Assembly: GCF_018350175.1 (NCBI RefSeq)
Contig: NC_058368.1
Coordinates: 102,426,001 to 102,490,000 of the forward strand
Direction of reading: 5' to 3'
Length of the DNA: 64,000 nucleotides
Source of the DNA: Felis catus
Taxonomy: Eukaryota
Under the pieces are notes generated by a model that had not been told where the DNA came from, made no database searches, and saw only the letters and a list, made by a program, of their open reading frames with translations. The position numbers and the translations under genes were made by a program. Below are positions 62,871 to 64,000 of the stretch, piece after piece. Positions within the stretch are counted from its first letter, which is position 1. Every line of letters starts with the position of its first letter.

Positions 62871-63816
62871 GTCGCGTCGCAAATGGACTTTGGCTTCCTC
62901 ATCTTCCAACTCCCCTGGAGCCCCAGGTCGCAAGCTAGGATTGCAGAGGGAGAAGCCAAAATCCTAGGAATTCCGCACTCAGAAATACAGTCAGGAGCAA
63001 GCGCCACTGGGATCCCTCCAGGCAAAACACCCTCGGACCTGGGCGTCCACAAAGATTATCCTGGACTCCTGGTGACCAGGCCCTTGCGCATACGGCACAC
63101 CGATCCTGGCGAGTCTCAGGAGCTGCCAATTCCAACGTTAAGGAGTTGTGTGATTTCTACACCGGTTTCAACCGACACGAAGTTCTCCTTCCTGACAGAC
63201 CTCTCCTCGTGCCACCACTCAATAGTACAGCCGACAGAGAAATACAGCTCTAAATCCCTCCAGTCTCCCCTCTGGACGTAGGACAGGGAAACCTCACATC
63301 CGGTTTTCAGAAACGGCGACTGGAACCGGATGCCTGGCATTGGTCTGAACGACCAAAGGCAAAATGGTGACAGCAGAGGGGAGAACCCCAGCAGCCAGGC
63401 TCCTGGGATGCTGAAGGCGTCAAAGGCAAACTCATCTTTCCCAGTTACCATCGGAACAGACTAGATTTCTCAACAATGGTCAGAGGCACCCCCCCCCCCC
63501 CGATTCCGAAGTCCCTATCTTTCAGGGAAGAATAAAGCCCAGCAGAGTTACAAGTATTTCAATAATGTGCTTAGAGACCAGCTCTTTTCTGTAAACAAGC
63601 CTAATGAAGCATGACTAATAGTGCTCTCCGTAAGCAGAGCCAGGGAAAAGGGCCTTTGTTAGCACTTACTGGAGCAAGGCATCATTTTGCTGGAGCAGAA
63701 CAAAACTTAGCTGGTTATTGATTGACCAGCCTCGCTCGGGTGTCACCGCTCTGCTGTCCATTTCTGTATAGTGTGTGTAGGCAATGCATGTGCTTCCGTA
63801 GACGCAGAGACGTTCT

Positions 63817-63851
<35 letters not shown>

Positions 63852-64000
63852 CCCACGTACACAGTCAGTGCAGCCACCAAGCTAACTTTGGGCTACATTT
63901 CTCCGCAGAAGGGATCAAGTATTCCAGGCCTCTCGCTGAAACCGAATTGCTCTCCGATACTCGCGCGTCTTCTCGTCCTCGATATCACCTAACATTTCTC

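Overview
Mammalian (felid, probably cat) genomic DNA, judged from about 39 CAN-SINE/SINEC_Fc copies and carnivore L1 fragments. The right half (about 36.9-64 kb) holds the 3' part of ZNF608 on the minus strand. Seven coding exons with canonical GT-AG boundaries were traced by hand (51408-51321, 50820-48369, 45389-44972, 44385-44213, 42335-42182, 38672-38591, 37987-37981). They splice in frame and end ...MFPAQRRE*, followed by a 3'UTR of about 1.05 kb. The 5' exons lie beyond the window. The left half (1-36 kb) is SINE-dense downstream intergenic DNA with old L1/L2/MIR/LTR debris and a few repeat-free, homeobox-motif-rich candidate enhancers. No prokaryote-type system, CRISPR array or new protein-coding gene is supported. 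The most unusual observation is a 1085-nt tract of only pyrimidines on the sense strand, lying directly against the acceptor of the frame-critical 418-nt exon and leaving no adenosine in the normal branch-point window. Other leads are an intronic CpG island/CCAAT promoter with a strong orphan splice donor, an inverted young-SINE pair bracketing four exons (possible circRNA), perfect DR2 and DR4 nuclear-receptor elements, and signs of local GC-biased substitution. Repeat boundaries and subfamily names are estimates made by eye.
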